DNA of 64,000 nucleotides from a virus. Made by a program: the position numbers and the translations under genes. Shown here one piece after another: positions 1-9,199 of the stretch. A model generated the notes under the pieces. That model saw only the letters and a program-made list of their open reading frames with translations. It was not told where the DNA came from and made no database searches. Within the stretch, counting starts at the first letter, position 1, and every line of letters starts with the position of its first letter. The DNA lies in the IMG/VR virus record IMGVR_UViG_3300045988_154040; one strand, 5' to 3'.

Positions 1-126
1 ACCAAATCCCTTATTGGGCGATTTGTTTTTCAACAATTGATTTTACATTCGACTACGCTGTCGATTAGCGGCTAAAAAATATATATTTTATTATTTATCA
101 TAAGGGCTTATCACGAATATCCTAAA

Positions 127-270
127 TTAATGAATCAATAATGCACACACTGCAAAGAATCCAATCGCTACTCCACCGCCAATCATCGCGCCAGCCCAGA
201 CCATATTGATTGCATCACACACTATTTTTTTAATGTTTCCACAAAATGAACAAGACTTCAATTCTTCCAT
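127..270 (-). CDS. small membrane protein, 47 aa (N-terminal CSFCG, C-terminal TM helix)
   Basis: Hand-translated; under 60 aa so absent from the ORF track: MEELKSCSFCGNIKKIVCDAINMVWAGAMIGGGVAIGFFAVCALLIH. Purine-rich RBS (GGAGGAAAGGGAG) lies upstream. It sits just downstream of promoter 331-359. Confidence 0.4.
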   Translation of the reverse strand: MEELKSCSFCGNIKKIVCDAINMVWAGAMIGGGVAIGFFAVCALLIH

Positions 271-330
271 TTCGGCTCCCTTTCCTCCGGCTCTCTCGGA
301 AATTTTAATTTTGTATCTCTTACAATAAAG

Positions 331-359
331 AGTATATCATATACTTTATTATCTGTCAA
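331..359 (-). promoter_or_regulatory. sigma-A-type promoter TTGACA-17 bp-TATACT (minus strand)
   Basis: Plus-strand tgtcaa at 354-359 and agtata at 331-336, with an exact 17-bp spacer. Confidence 0.55.
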
Positions 360-403
360 TCACTTTTTCAAAAATTTTTAAATTTATTTTTTAAAATCCG
401 GAA

Positions 404-991
404 TTACTTTATATCTAATTCTTTTCTCAACTTTTGTAATAAATCTTTTATAATTCTATTAACATTAGATTGAGTTTGATTAATTTCCTCTGCAATTTCT
501 CTTTGTTTGTATCCACTTATATGCATATAAAATATTTTTTTGTGATTGGGATTTTTGATATTTTCTACAAAATTTTCTATAACTGTTTTTATAACAGTTT
601 CATTTTCTATATCACAATTTTTATCTGGCAAGCAATCTAAAAAAATAATTTTTCCATCTTCGCTATTATTCTTTATATTTTGATTATAAGAAACAAGATA
701 CTTTTGCGTCTCTCTATGTTGTGCACTATTTTTTCTCCATTCATTTTTTATTTCATTCCACATAACAAAATAAGCATAACTAGAAAATTTATTACCTTTT
801 TCTTCTTGGAAAGTTTGTGCCGCTCTTACTAATCCAATAGCCGCAATATCATAATAATCTTCTATATTTAAATTATGTTGTCTTAAAAAAGAATATATAA
901 GATTATGATTTTGCGTAATAAAATAATCTAGTTCATTTTTATATATAGGGGGTACTTTCAACGTTTCATTTCCTTTCTGAGTTTTAGACAA
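404..991 (-). CDS. sigma-70 family RNA polymerase sigma factor (regions 2 and 4 only)
   Basis: Region 2-like YYDIAAIGLVRAAQTFQEEKGNKFSSYAYFVMWNEI. Region 4 HTH-like ISGYKQREIAEEINQTQSNVNRIIKDLLQKLRKEL. Confidence 0.85.
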   Translation of the reverse strand: MSKTQKGNETLKVPPIYKNELDYFITQNHNLIYSFLRQHNLNIEDYYDIAAIGLVRAAQTFQEEKGNKFSSYAYFVMWNEIKNEWRKNSAQHRETQKYLVSYNQNIKNNSEDGKIIFLDCLPDKNCDIENETVIKTVIENFVENIKNPNHKKIFYMHISGYKQREIAEEINQTQSNVNRIIKDLLQKLRKELDIK

Positions 992-1046
992 TCAAAAACG
1001 ATTTGAATTTTATATGTCTAAAAACCGATTTAAATTTTCTGATATC

Positions 1047-1340
1047 TTATATATCAACAATTATTTTAAATCCTATTATGCCATTTTCCATATAATAAGG
1101 AATAATAGAATTATATTCTGTAGTACATATTACTCTTAACATACATTCGGCATAATCTTTTCCTGTCATATCACAAATTCTTCCTTTGTATAAAGTTTCA
1201 CCTCCACACAAATTAAGAAGATGAAGTCCTTTTATGTTAGAAACTTCTAAATTAGGTGAATAACTTTTATTCTTACAAATAAATACATAAGTAGTATTAT
1301 CCAACTTATTTAATATATCTACTAAAAATATATTCTCCAT
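1047..1340 (-). CDS. hypothetical protein
   Basis: 97-aa ORF co-oriented with its neighbours; no recognisable motif. Confidence 0.5.
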   Translation of the reverse strand: MENIFLVDILNKLDNTTYVFICKNKSYSPNLEVSNIKGLHLLNLCGGETLYKGRICDMTGKDYAECMLRVICTTEYNSIIPYYMENGIIGFKIIVDI

Positions 1341-1676
1341 AAAATTTTCCTTTCTTTATTATTCTTTGTTTACTTTTCTAATTTTTATATCTTTTAAAAA
1401 AACAATAAAATTTTTATAATATTCAGATGCTTCTTTAAACCAAATAATATATCTAGCTTTAGGTATTGATTCAGCCTCTACAAAATTTTTTTTGCTGATG
1501 CTCTACTGATTTTGATTCATAATAATAAATATTCATTTGCCTCCTTTCATACTTTCATAAAATCATAAAAAATATTTTTTTGATATCATAATTAAAAATC
1601 CTGCTTATAAACTTTATTATACTATAACATAAAATAATAAAAATGTAAAGCAAAAAAATAAAAAATAGAAAAACGG

Positions 1677-1764
1677 CTGGGATTTTTTTATTATCGCCAT
1701 TACCTTTTTTCTATTTTTGTATATTTTCCCTGGAAATTTTTATTATCGCCATTCTGGGATTTTT
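1677..1764. repeat. paired direct repeats in a 730-bp non-coding gap
   Basis: TTTTTATTATCGCCATT occurs at 1685-1701 and 1737-1753, 52 bp apart. CTGGGATTTTT occurs at 1677-1687 and 1754-1764, in swapped order relative to the first repeat. Confidence 0.7.
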
Positions 1765-2071
1765 AACTTGTTCCCAATTTATACAAAGATTATATATGTA
1801 TTATTTTTTACAAAAATATTTTTTATTTTTAAATTATCAGAATTTTCTGATTTTTTTAAAATTCAAAAATGTAATTTCTTTTTAAAGCTGTAACCTCTCA
1901 TTTATATATATCCCGGTATAACAACGTATAAACGATTTGTAGCCGTTTAAACACATCCAATTAATACTTTATCCATCAAGAACTTAAAGCGGCTTATTTT
2001 GCCTTGTACGGCCTTATAATCATTGGCCATTAACAAATTTTATTTCCATTAACGTTATTGCCTCCTAATTT

Positions 2072-2812
2072 TTATATCCATGCGTAACTGGATTTATTAC
2101 GTGGTAAATCATATAACCATTGTAAAATTTCTTTTGGTACATCTTCTTTTATCCAGCCATGACCATATTTACACCCACATACAGGACAAGATTTACCTAA
2201 TAATCCTAATTCATTTTCTGAGTAATTTATCCATCCTCTGGTTTTATGGTCTGTATTAGAGTGGCCTAAACAATTTTTCTCTGTATATTCATAACATTCA
2301 CTGTCTGAAAATTCACTGCCATTATAAGATTTTTTCTCAAATGGTAAATTGTAAATTTTTGTTTCTTCCAAAGTAGGAAAAAATGGCTCATGATTTGCTA
2401 AACATTTTAAAGCACGATTTTTTGCTTCGTTTTGTTTTTCTCTGGTTTCTCTAGTAAGTTTATAAGTTTTTATTTCAACTTTTTCACTTGCCATTTTGTC
2501 CCATCCTAATTTTTTCATATGGCTACAATAGGGGCGCATATCGTTTAAATGCCATTCATCCCATATGTCACAAAACTTCTGTAACATTTCAGGAGTCCAT
2601 TCTTTTGTTGGTACTCCTTTTCTTATTTCATCTACACACTGACCGCAACTTCCCCAAGAATCTCCATTTGATTTAGGACCAATTACACCGGTAATAGACA
2701 ATCGTCCATCTTGATATTCGATTTTACAAAACGAATTTACAGGCCGTTCTTTGCCATTGTAAATATATACTTCGTTAGTACATGGGTTAATAACTCTCTT
2801 AAAATTTTTCAT
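2072..2812 (-). CDS. hypothetical Cys/Trp-rich protein (246 aa)
   Basis: Long ORF with several CxxC-like pairs (SCGQC, CPVCGC); no family recognised. Confidence 0.6.
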   Translation of the reverse strand: MKNFKRVINPCTNEVYIYNGKERPVNSFCKIEYQDGRLSITGVIGPKSNGDSWGSCGQCVDEIRKGVPTKEWTPEMLQKFCDIWDEWHLNDMRPYCSHMKKLGWDKMASEKVEIKTYKLTRETREKQNEAKNRALKCLANHEPFFPTLEETKIYNLPFEKKSYNGSEFSDSECYEYTEKNCLGHSNTDHKTRGWINYSENELGLLGKSCPVCGCKYGHGWIKEDVPKEILQWLYDLPRNKSSYAWI

Positions 2813-2958
2813 TTTGATTTTCTCCTTTTCATATATGCGTTTATACGCTTTCTTTTCTCAATGCTAGAAGATATGACTTTACTTCGATATTCAGTTTTGA
2901 ATTAGATTTTTTAGAATGTTGCTTTAGAACTTTGTGTTACTTTGTTGTTGATAAATAC

Positions 2959-2987
2959 ATGATATCATATACATTTCTATATGTCAA
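2959..2987 (-). promoter_or_regulatory. sigma-A-type promoter TTGACA-17 bp-TATCAT (minus strand)
   Basis: Plus-strand tgtcaa at 2982-2987 and atgata at 2959-2964; lies upstream of the 2812 start. Confidence 0.55.
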
Positions 2988-3030
2988 TACTTTTTTTAAA
3001 ATTTATTTTTAAAATTTTTGAGTAAAAGAA

Positions 3031-3084
3031 AAGGGCTAAATATCAGCCCCTTCCACGAAAAAAGGTGGTACACATGCACCACCT
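3031..3084 (-). terminator. tandem rho-independent terminators (minus strand)
   Basis: Stem AGGTGGT/ACCACCT (3063-3084) is followed on the minus strand by a U-run (A6 at 3058-3063). A second hairpin GGGCT/AGCCC lies at 3032-3051. Both are just downstream of the stop at 3095. Confidence 0.6.
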
Positions 3085-3094
3085 ATAAAATTGA

Positions 3095-3382
3095 TTATTG
3101 TACGTTGCTGATTACATCCATGACAATATCATCTGCCGTATTGTCGGGAGTATAATTGTCATGCATTTTTAAGGTGACAGGCTCTCCCGGCAAAAAGTAA
3201 CAGTTGTCCACTGTTACCGTGTCGCCGTCCGCCGTCTGAAACGTGCATACAAGGTCACTATTGCAATCCAAGCAAACCGCCTGTAAAGTATAGCCTTGCG
3301 CCCATGTCTCCATCAATCCTGTTATAATCATGAATCCACCAACAATTCCCAAATTTACCATAAATTTTCTGAATTTTCTCAT
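3095..3382 (-). CDS. small secreted or membrane-anchored protein
   Basis: The N-terminus MRKFRKFMVNLGIVGGFMIITGLM looks like a signal peptide or TM anchor. Confidence 0.6.
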   Translation of the reverse strand: MRKFRKFMVNLGIVGGFMIITGLMETWAQGYTLQAVCLDCNSDLVCTFQTADGDTVTVDNCYFLPGEPVTLKMHDNYTPDNTADDIVMDVISNVQ

Positions 3383-3385
3383 TAC

Positions 3386-3715
3386 TTATTCCTCACTTTC
3401 ATCTTTTACATTTATTGCATTTATATATGCAATATTGGCAGTCTCTAAACTTCGTTGTGCAATCTCATTCAACAATTTTCTGTTTTTTAGTGAAATTAAA
3501 TGTAAATCTAACAATAAGTTAGATATCACATTAAAATTTTGGATATAAGGTTTACATTTTCCATAAATAGTATGTTTATCCTCACCAATTTTCCTGCCAT
3601 TTTGAGATACAATACAAATTACTCTCAAATCTTTTCTGATTTCTGCCAAAAGGCGTTTCTGTAACCAATTGGCAGAAATATTGACATTTTTTCTTTTCAT
3701 GTTGATTTTTTTCAT
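3386..3715 (-). CDS. hypothetical protein
   Basis: 109-aa ORF tightly packed with its neighbours. Confidence 0.5.
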   Translation of the reverse strand: MKKINMKRKNVNISANWLQKRLLAEIRKDLRVICIVSQNGRKIGEDKHTIYGKCKPYIQNFNVISNLLLDLHLISLKNRKLLNEIAQRSLETANIAYINAINVKDESEE

Positions 3716-3728
3716 TATTTATCCTCCA

Positions 3729-3911
3729 TCAATACCCCAACCATGAATATATACTATCTTTTTCTCCATTTATGAATACCTCACCGCCAACAACGGTGAT
3801 AGTATCATAATTATCAGAAAACGCATAGTGATAAGCTTTAATCGTATCATTTTTACAATCAAATGATACACCATGTCGAATTAACAGAAAACTTAACTCT
3901 TTTATAGACAT
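3729..3911 (-). CDS. hypothetical protein
   Basis: 60-aa ORF in the operon context. Confidence 0.45.
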   Translation of the reverse strand: MSIKELSFLLIRHGVSFDCKNDTIKAYHYAFSDNYDTITVVGGEVFINGEKDSIYSWLGY

Positions 3912-3938
3912 TTTCTGAAACCTCCTTTGTCCTCCTTT

Positions 3939-4232
3939 TTATATACCTTTCCACACTATTAAACAGTCGTCCAATGATACCCGCTTACCATATGATATAA
4001 AATAATAATTGCCTGTTATGGTAGTTTTAAGCAACGACTTATGATAGGTTGTAACCTGTTTAAACTCTGGATATCCGTTGTTATTTGTGTCCCACAATGT
4101 AACTTCATGGGATTCTGACCAGTAGATATAATCCTCTATTCCAGATTCAATTCCGTGGATAGATATACCGCTTAAGCCTGTACTGTAAACGGCTTTTACA
4201 TCATGTGTGGTGCAATACTCTTTTTTTGTCAT
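3939..4232 (-). CDS. hypothetical protein
   Basis: 97-aa ORF with GGAGG-like RBS (aggaggtt) upstream. Confidence 0.55.
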   Translation of the reverse strand: MTKKEYCTTHDVKAVYSTGLSGISIHGIESGIEDYIYWSESHEVTLWDTNNNGYPEFKQVTTYHKSLLKTTITGNYYFISYGKRVSLDDCLIVWKGI

Positions 4233-4910
4233 TGTGCTAACCTCCTATATCCTTTTTTTATATTTAGGATACGACAGAACGTCTATACCCTTTTGTATCT
4301 GATAGCGATACTTGACTTGCATATGTACTTGTGTTTTTTGTTGTGTCGTGCTGACCACGGTTATACAATATCATTTACACAATTTCCCGTCAATATGTAA
4401 AAATAACCAAATTACAATTAATTTATTATACATAATCGCCAAAAATAAATAGTCCAAATGTTGCAAAAATCACGGTTAGTAATGACTACTATTACATTTG
4501 TATAAATTAGCACCCACACAATTTCAATTTATTATATATAATCACGTATCAAAAAATGCGCCTAAAAGTTATGCAATATGTATAATTACATATGACTAAC
4601 CATGATTATGCACAAAAAACAGCGTCAAACAAATATAACTTATGTCTATTATTTATATTAGGAACTTGAAAAAGTAATCTGAAAAATCCCTATAAAATCA
4701 GAATTGATTAAATAGTGTCTCGTCCTTATTGCATAATTTAATTCATTTCCCCAAATAGATTTAATATGGCCCAAATCTCGCTACTTTTTAAAAGAATTAT
4801 CTGATAACTTATTGGGCCACTATACAATTCATTTTAAATCGTGTATGAAATTTGAAAAAATGTATATAATTATAAACACAAAACTTAATATTTAAGGAGG
4901 AATAATATTT

Positions 4911-5207
4911 ATGAGTAACAAATATCAGACTATTAGAGAAATTTACATTGACCTTTACATCCGTAATAAAGCTATTGTAAGGGCCAATAAAAAAGAAAAA
5001 CCAGAGGACTTTCCTATTATTAAGGTAAACGGGAAACGGCTTATGCAGTTGTCCAGATTAAATTTTTTAAGGAGGAAAGAAATAGATAATGATTTTTCTA
5101 ATGGTTTGCTAACTGATAAGGGATATGTGGAAGAAATGACTATTTGCCAATATATCAGTTATCAGATAACAAATACGGAACATTCACAAAAAATTTTATT
5201 TGTTTAG
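4911..5207 (+). CDS. hypothetical protein; the only plus-strand gene in the early region
   Basis: Strong RBS AAGGAGG about 10 nt upstream of the ATG. Followed by the long hairpin at 5283-5367. Confidence 0.6.
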   Translation: MSNKYQTIREIYIDLYIRNKAIVRANKKEKPEDFPIIKVNGKRLMQLSRLNFLRRKEIDNDFSNGLLTDKGYVEEMTICQYISYQITNTEHSQKILFV

Positions 5208-5282
5208 TAATTTTTTACTAATAAAATCACGTCTTTCAGATTTTTTGTCTGTCTAGTTTTTTCTTAATGTTTTATTATCTGT

Positions 5283-5367
5283 AAATTGTGTTTAGTGCTT
5301 CCCAAAACGTGCAGTATTTAAAAACAGATTTAGTACTGTACGATTACACAAGCACTAAACACAATTT
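5283..5367. repeat. perfect 18-bp inverted repeat with 49-nt spacer (long hairpin or terminator)
   Basis: AAATTGTGTTTAGTGCTT (5283-5300) pairs with AAGCACTAAACACAATTT (5350-5367). The spacer has further partial self-complementarity (CGTGCAGTAT / AGTACTGTACG). Confidence 0.8.
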
Positions 5368-5880
5368 GCCCCTACAATTTTTATAGTAATTTGTAATGGT
5401 TCAACTGTATATGCATTTAAGATAAAAGCATAATAAAAACCGCCAATGTCTGACAATTATGTAGTATAGAATACTATGTTTAGTAGTTTCGATAGTGATA
5501 ATATAGACTAAAAGGCCGGGAAAGGGCCTTTAAATGCGTTACAAGGCATGTTGACATAACATTGGCAGAGGTTCAATGGCCTATATATAATAATAGATTA
5601 TAAATAAAAGGATGTGATAATGTGTGAGGTTATGTAAACCAATTATTAGCACTATCAATGGGTGAGTGCCAAAAGGTAAACAAATGATAACAATAAATAG
5701 ATATGGATTATGGACAGTGATTTACATTTTGAGATTGGCGATTGTAAATATAGATTCATAATTCATAATAGATGATAGTAAGCAAGTGCTGACTATATGG
5801 AGAGGGCAGAGGTACATATAATATAATATTATATAATATATAATATGAAAATGAAAATAGGAATTATTATCGTTATGTTT

Positions 5881-6252
5881 CATGTGAAATATGCATGAAT
5901 GTGTGATTGGTGGGAGAGCAAGAGAACGTGAGAATATGGATACGAGAGCGTACAACGTGGTTAGCAGAGTGTGTGTGGGTGGATGTGGGAAAACGTGTGG
6001 CAGAGGGTGTAAGGTCGGTGTATATGGATTGTACGTGATTGTAAGATGGATGGAGAGGGAAGGAAGGAGTGGGAGAGAGGATAGACGGAATGTGCAGCGA
6101 GGGTGGGAAATATGGGAAAAGGATTGAGAGGTGAGGAGAAATGGGGAAAATGGAAATGAATGGATAGGGATATTGGGGATGTGGTGAGGGAATGTGAGGG
6201 GAAAGAGTAGGGATATGGTGAGAGTGAGAGGATGAAATGGGAGGTGAGAGAA
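5881..6252. repeat. C-depleted, G-run-rich arm of the mirror-composition locus
   Basis: I count about 17 C in 372 nt, and 6099-6252 (154 nt) has no C at all. It has many GGG/GGGG runs, e.g. 6167-6212 GGGATATTGGGGATGTGGTGAGGGAATGTGAGGGGAAAGAGTAGGG. Confidence 0.9.
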
Positions 6253-6571
6253 CATATATATCGAGGGTTCGCCATTACCCTTATCAATATTTATATATAT
6301 AATGTGACGCATTTGGTTACGAGTGGAACCGGTATCATTCGTATAAAAACCATTAGTATATCTCGATTTTTGAGGTATTTTCATAGGTAAAAATGACAAA
6401 AGCGTCTATAATACATATTATGCACACTTTTTATTCTGATTTCCCGACACTGCGACATGTGGCTTTCCCCCCAGTTTTGGCAATTGTCAGATAATTCACT
6501 CAAACCCGGGGGTACTTTCAGACAATTCGGATATACGATTTTTGAAAAAGGCCATTAGCTGACCAATCACG

Positions 6572-6960
6572 AACTCTCCAACCATCACCCTCCCCATCCC
6601 TCTTACTATTTATTCATCTATCTCCATCCCTCCCTCCATCTCCCTTATATATATTATATAATATATCTCTACCCTCCACCCATCCCTCCCAATCTCCCCT
6701 ATCTCCCTCCCCTATACTTTCCCCTACATTCTCAATTTCCCTCCCCAAACCATCATTTTCTCCTATACTTTCGCACCTTCTTCACCTCAACTTTTCCCGT
6801 CTCGATTGATAACATTCCGAATTTCTCACAATCCCCATTTCATCCCTTTATTTTTAGCCATGCACCTTTCCTAATCTCAACTATTTAATTGACCTTTCAG
6901 CAACCCCAAAAATCAGAAAAAATCTCAAAAAAATTTTTCACACCATCCAAAATTTTAGCT
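6572..6960. repeat. G-depleted, C-run-rich arm of the mirror-composition locus
   Basis: I count about 12 G in 389 nt, and 6572-6772 (201 nt) has no G. C3-4 runs are dense, e.g. 6671-6724 ACCCTCCACCCATCCCTCCCAATCTCCCCTATCTCCCTCCCCTATACTTTCCCC. Confidence 0.9.
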
Positions 6961-7128
6961 CGCTACACCCCATTCTGATTTGAGCAGATTGTGCCTGAAA
7001 TACACCCTGTTACAACCTCATATACGGCATATCTGACCGTTTTCTGTCTTATCGTGACCAATCCTCCATTTCTCATATTTGAACGCTTCTACTCTCTTGT
7101 ACTCGTTCATATTTTTTAAAAATTAAAT

Positions 7129-7161
7129 TTAAAAAAGAGAACCGCTGATTTCGATTCTCTT
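7129..7161 (-). terminator. rho-independent terminator ending the 15.2->7.2 kb minus-strand operon
   Basis: Stem AAGAGAA/TTCTCTT (7135-7161) with a U-run on the minus strand (A6 at 7131-7136). Confidence 0.65.
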
Positions 7162-7224
7162 TTAAGAAGAAATAGTTATAAAAAATGGTAAGGTATACTA
7201 TCATTTTTCTTTGAATCTTTTCTA

Positions 7225-7782
7225 TTATAATTTATCAGTAGAAGTGTAACCGTTTTCTCTGTCCCACACTTTTGTGTAGTGGTTGAACACGCCGATATAT
7301 GCCGCACAATTGGTAGTATAGATTGCATCAATATCAAAACTATCATCTTCATCTTCATTATCTCGACAAGTCAAATCACTTTTGTAGGTGTTTAAATCCA
7401 TCCATCCATAACTATTTAATCTTCCGTTTATTCCAATGCGCCGTAGCACATTAGTACTGGAAATTGGGGTATTTTTCATATCTGTATTAAGCATTACTAA
7501 ATACATACTTTCGCTTTTTGTCTCCACAATCATTCCTGACTTGAGGAAATCTTTGGGGGTGATATCTTCTTCTTTTTCTTTTGGAGGGGCTGTATCTGTG
7601 AACTGAATATGCTCTACTCTGGGGATTATCATTTTTCCGCTGGGGAGTTTTACCAAGGCAACAGGATATTGGCCCAATGAATCTTCATCATAATTGGTGC
7701 TAAAGCCGCAAAACTCGCCGTCTTTGAAAAGTACGTATCCTAATTTTTCATCCCAATATTTACCACAACATTTACCTTCCAT
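7225..7782 (-). CDS. hypothetical protein; C-terminal domain paralogous to 9200-9616
   Basis: Shared blocks: DFLKSGMIVE..YLV / NDLKTGMFVK..YFV, WMDLNTYKSDLT / WLSLANYNEDLT, YTKVWDRE / YVKIWDRD. Confidence 0.6.
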   Translation of the reverse strand: MEGKCCGKYWDEKLGYVLFKDGEFCGFSTNYDEDSLGQYPVALVKLPSGKMIIPRVEHIQFTDTAPPKEKEEDITPKDFLKSGMIVETKSESMYLVMLNTDMKNTPISSTNVLRRIGINGRLNSYGWMDLNTYKSDLTCRDNEDEDDSFDIDAIYTTNCAAYIGVFNHYTKVWDRENGYTSTDKL

Positions 7783-7793
7783 ATCTTTCCTCC

Positions 7794-8138
7794 TTAAAAT
7801 GAAAATGGGTCTTTATTTTCCAAGGATTCCACTTCTTCCCATGCATCTTCATTTTCTGGTGGGATTGATGGGATTTTCTTATTAGGGTTCTTTGATTTTT
7901 GGGGAGTTGGGACTTCATAGCGGTCAGCATAAATAACCAATTCATTGATTACTTCTTTTCTGCCATCTACAGTGAAACCAACTATATTTAGCAATTCTGC
8001 CGCCAATTCATCATGGCGCACAGGATAATCTGCAAATACCACTTTCAGATTTTTTCCTTTGATTGCATCATCATTAAGTATGTTTCTTAAAACATTTGTT
8101 GTTAAAAACACTTTCTTAGGTTGGGAATTTTTCATCAT
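7794..8138 (-). CDS. hypothetical protein; paralog of 9882-10205
   Basis: MMKNSQPKKVFLTTNVLRNILNDD...ENKDPFSF aligns end to end with MMKNPQPQPNKAFLTTDVLRSILNDD...ENKDPFKDPFLF. Confidence 0.65.
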   Translation of the reverse strand: MMKNSQPKKVFLTTNVLRNILNDDAIKGKNLKVVFADYPVRHDELAAELLNIVGFTVDGRKEVINELVIYADRYEVPTPQKSKNPNKKIPSIPPENEDAWEEVESLENKDPFSF

Positions 8139-8238
8139 GAATTTTTCTCCTTCTTGCGAAATTTGTGATTGATAGTTATGGCCCTCATATACTGGCTGAA
8201 TATCTCTAATTCATCTGCTGCTTGTAATTCCTTTTAAA

Positions 8239-8523
8239 TTAATTTTTACTTGCTAACCCAATTTTTTTCATTTTTTTCATAAATAACTTCATTTCATAAT
8301 ACGTAAGTCCAACACAGGTATTGCCAATTTTCTTATTATCCATCAAATTTTTATCATATGACTGAATAATATGTTTACCTGATTTTTTATATGATAAATC
8401 AACACATTGTGTATACTTATATTTTTTATCATCTCTTTCGTAAGAAGCTCCGTATTCATTTTCTGATACTTTTGTAAATCCAATTTCTTTTAACCTATCA
8501 TCAATACTCTTAAATAATTTCAT
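8239..8523 (-). CDS. hypothetical protein
   Basis: 94-aa ORF; no motif recognised. Confidence 0.55.
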   Translation of the reverse strand: MKLFKSIDDRLKEIGFTKVSENEYGASYERDDKKYKYTQCVDLSYKKSGKHIIQSYDKNLMDNKKIGNTCVGLTYYEMKLFMKKMKKIGLASKN

Positions 8524-8744
8524 TATATATTCCTCTTTCTTTCTCTAATTATAAAATTCTTCAAAATTACTCTTTAAATACTTCTTTTGCTGTCTATAAA
8601 ATCGTTATGGGAAATATAAATTGAAACTGGAAGAACTTTGCCATTTTCACCCAAAAATCCATATCCCAAAGTCGCTCTTATCGCATCAGTTTTTTTATAA
8701 AAATCCCAAAGTTGTTAAATATAAAAAATAAATAAAGGAGAACT

Positions 8745-8891
8745 ATGAATAATTATCAGTACGTAAACATTATAATAAATATAAATTGTAAGGAAGGGTG
8801 TAAACGTACTGCTAAAGAGGGTATAAATCCTTTATCTATTTTAATAAATATGGCTGTTGGCATTATAACAATAGTTAAATTTATTAGATAA
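8745..8891 (+). CDS. small hydrophobic-tailed peptide (48 aa) on the opposite strand to all neighbours
   Basis: Hand-translated MNNYQYVNIIININCKEGCKRTAKEGINPLSILINMAVGIITIVKFIR. RBS AAAGGAG at 8735-8741. A weak hairpin plus T-run follows at about 8913-8935. Confidence 0.35.
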   Translation: MNNYQYVNIIININCKEGCKRTAKEGINPLSILINMAVGIITIVKFIR

Positions 8892-8975
8892 AGTATAACC
8901 ATTATTTTTTTCAAGTCCCCTGTGTGTCATCACCGGAGACTTTTTATATTATGTCCACATCAATTATTTATTATT

Positions 8976-9164
8976 TTATGTTAATATAAATATCCATAAA
9001 ATAATTATGGTTATTATCCAAATTATTTTCATTTCTTTTTTATAAGTATCATTTTTATTAAATATTATCCATATAGATGTAAATATACAAATAATAGTAG
9101 CAATTAATTGAAGCATAAATAAAAATATTGTCATAAATTTCCTTTCTAATATTTCTATATGCAT
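8976..9164 (-). CDS. small two-TM membrane protein
   Basis: Two hydrophobic stretches: FLFMLQLIATIICIFTSIWIIF and IIWIITIIILWIFIL. Confidence 0.5.
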   Translation of the reverse strand: MHIEILERKFMTIFLFMLQLIATIICIFTSIWIIFNKNDTYKKEMKIIWIITIIILWIFILT

Positions 9165-9199
9165 TCCCCTAAATTATATTGGGGGGGATTAAAATATTT

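Noticed and set aside
5560-5600. tRNA-like T-arm string GGTTCAATGGCC
   Set aside because: No acceptor, D or anticodon arms can be built around it. I found no cloverleaf anywhere in the window.
5722-6399. Track ORFs 5722-6399(-), 5961-6287(-) and 5891-6127(+) across the G-rich arm
   Set aside because: Their products are low-complexity (SLPLLPSLSIHLT..., GGCGKTCGRGCKVG...), they overlap each other in several frames, and they lack RBSs. A C-free or G-free strand cannot encode TAG or TGA on one strand, so long open frames arise automatically.
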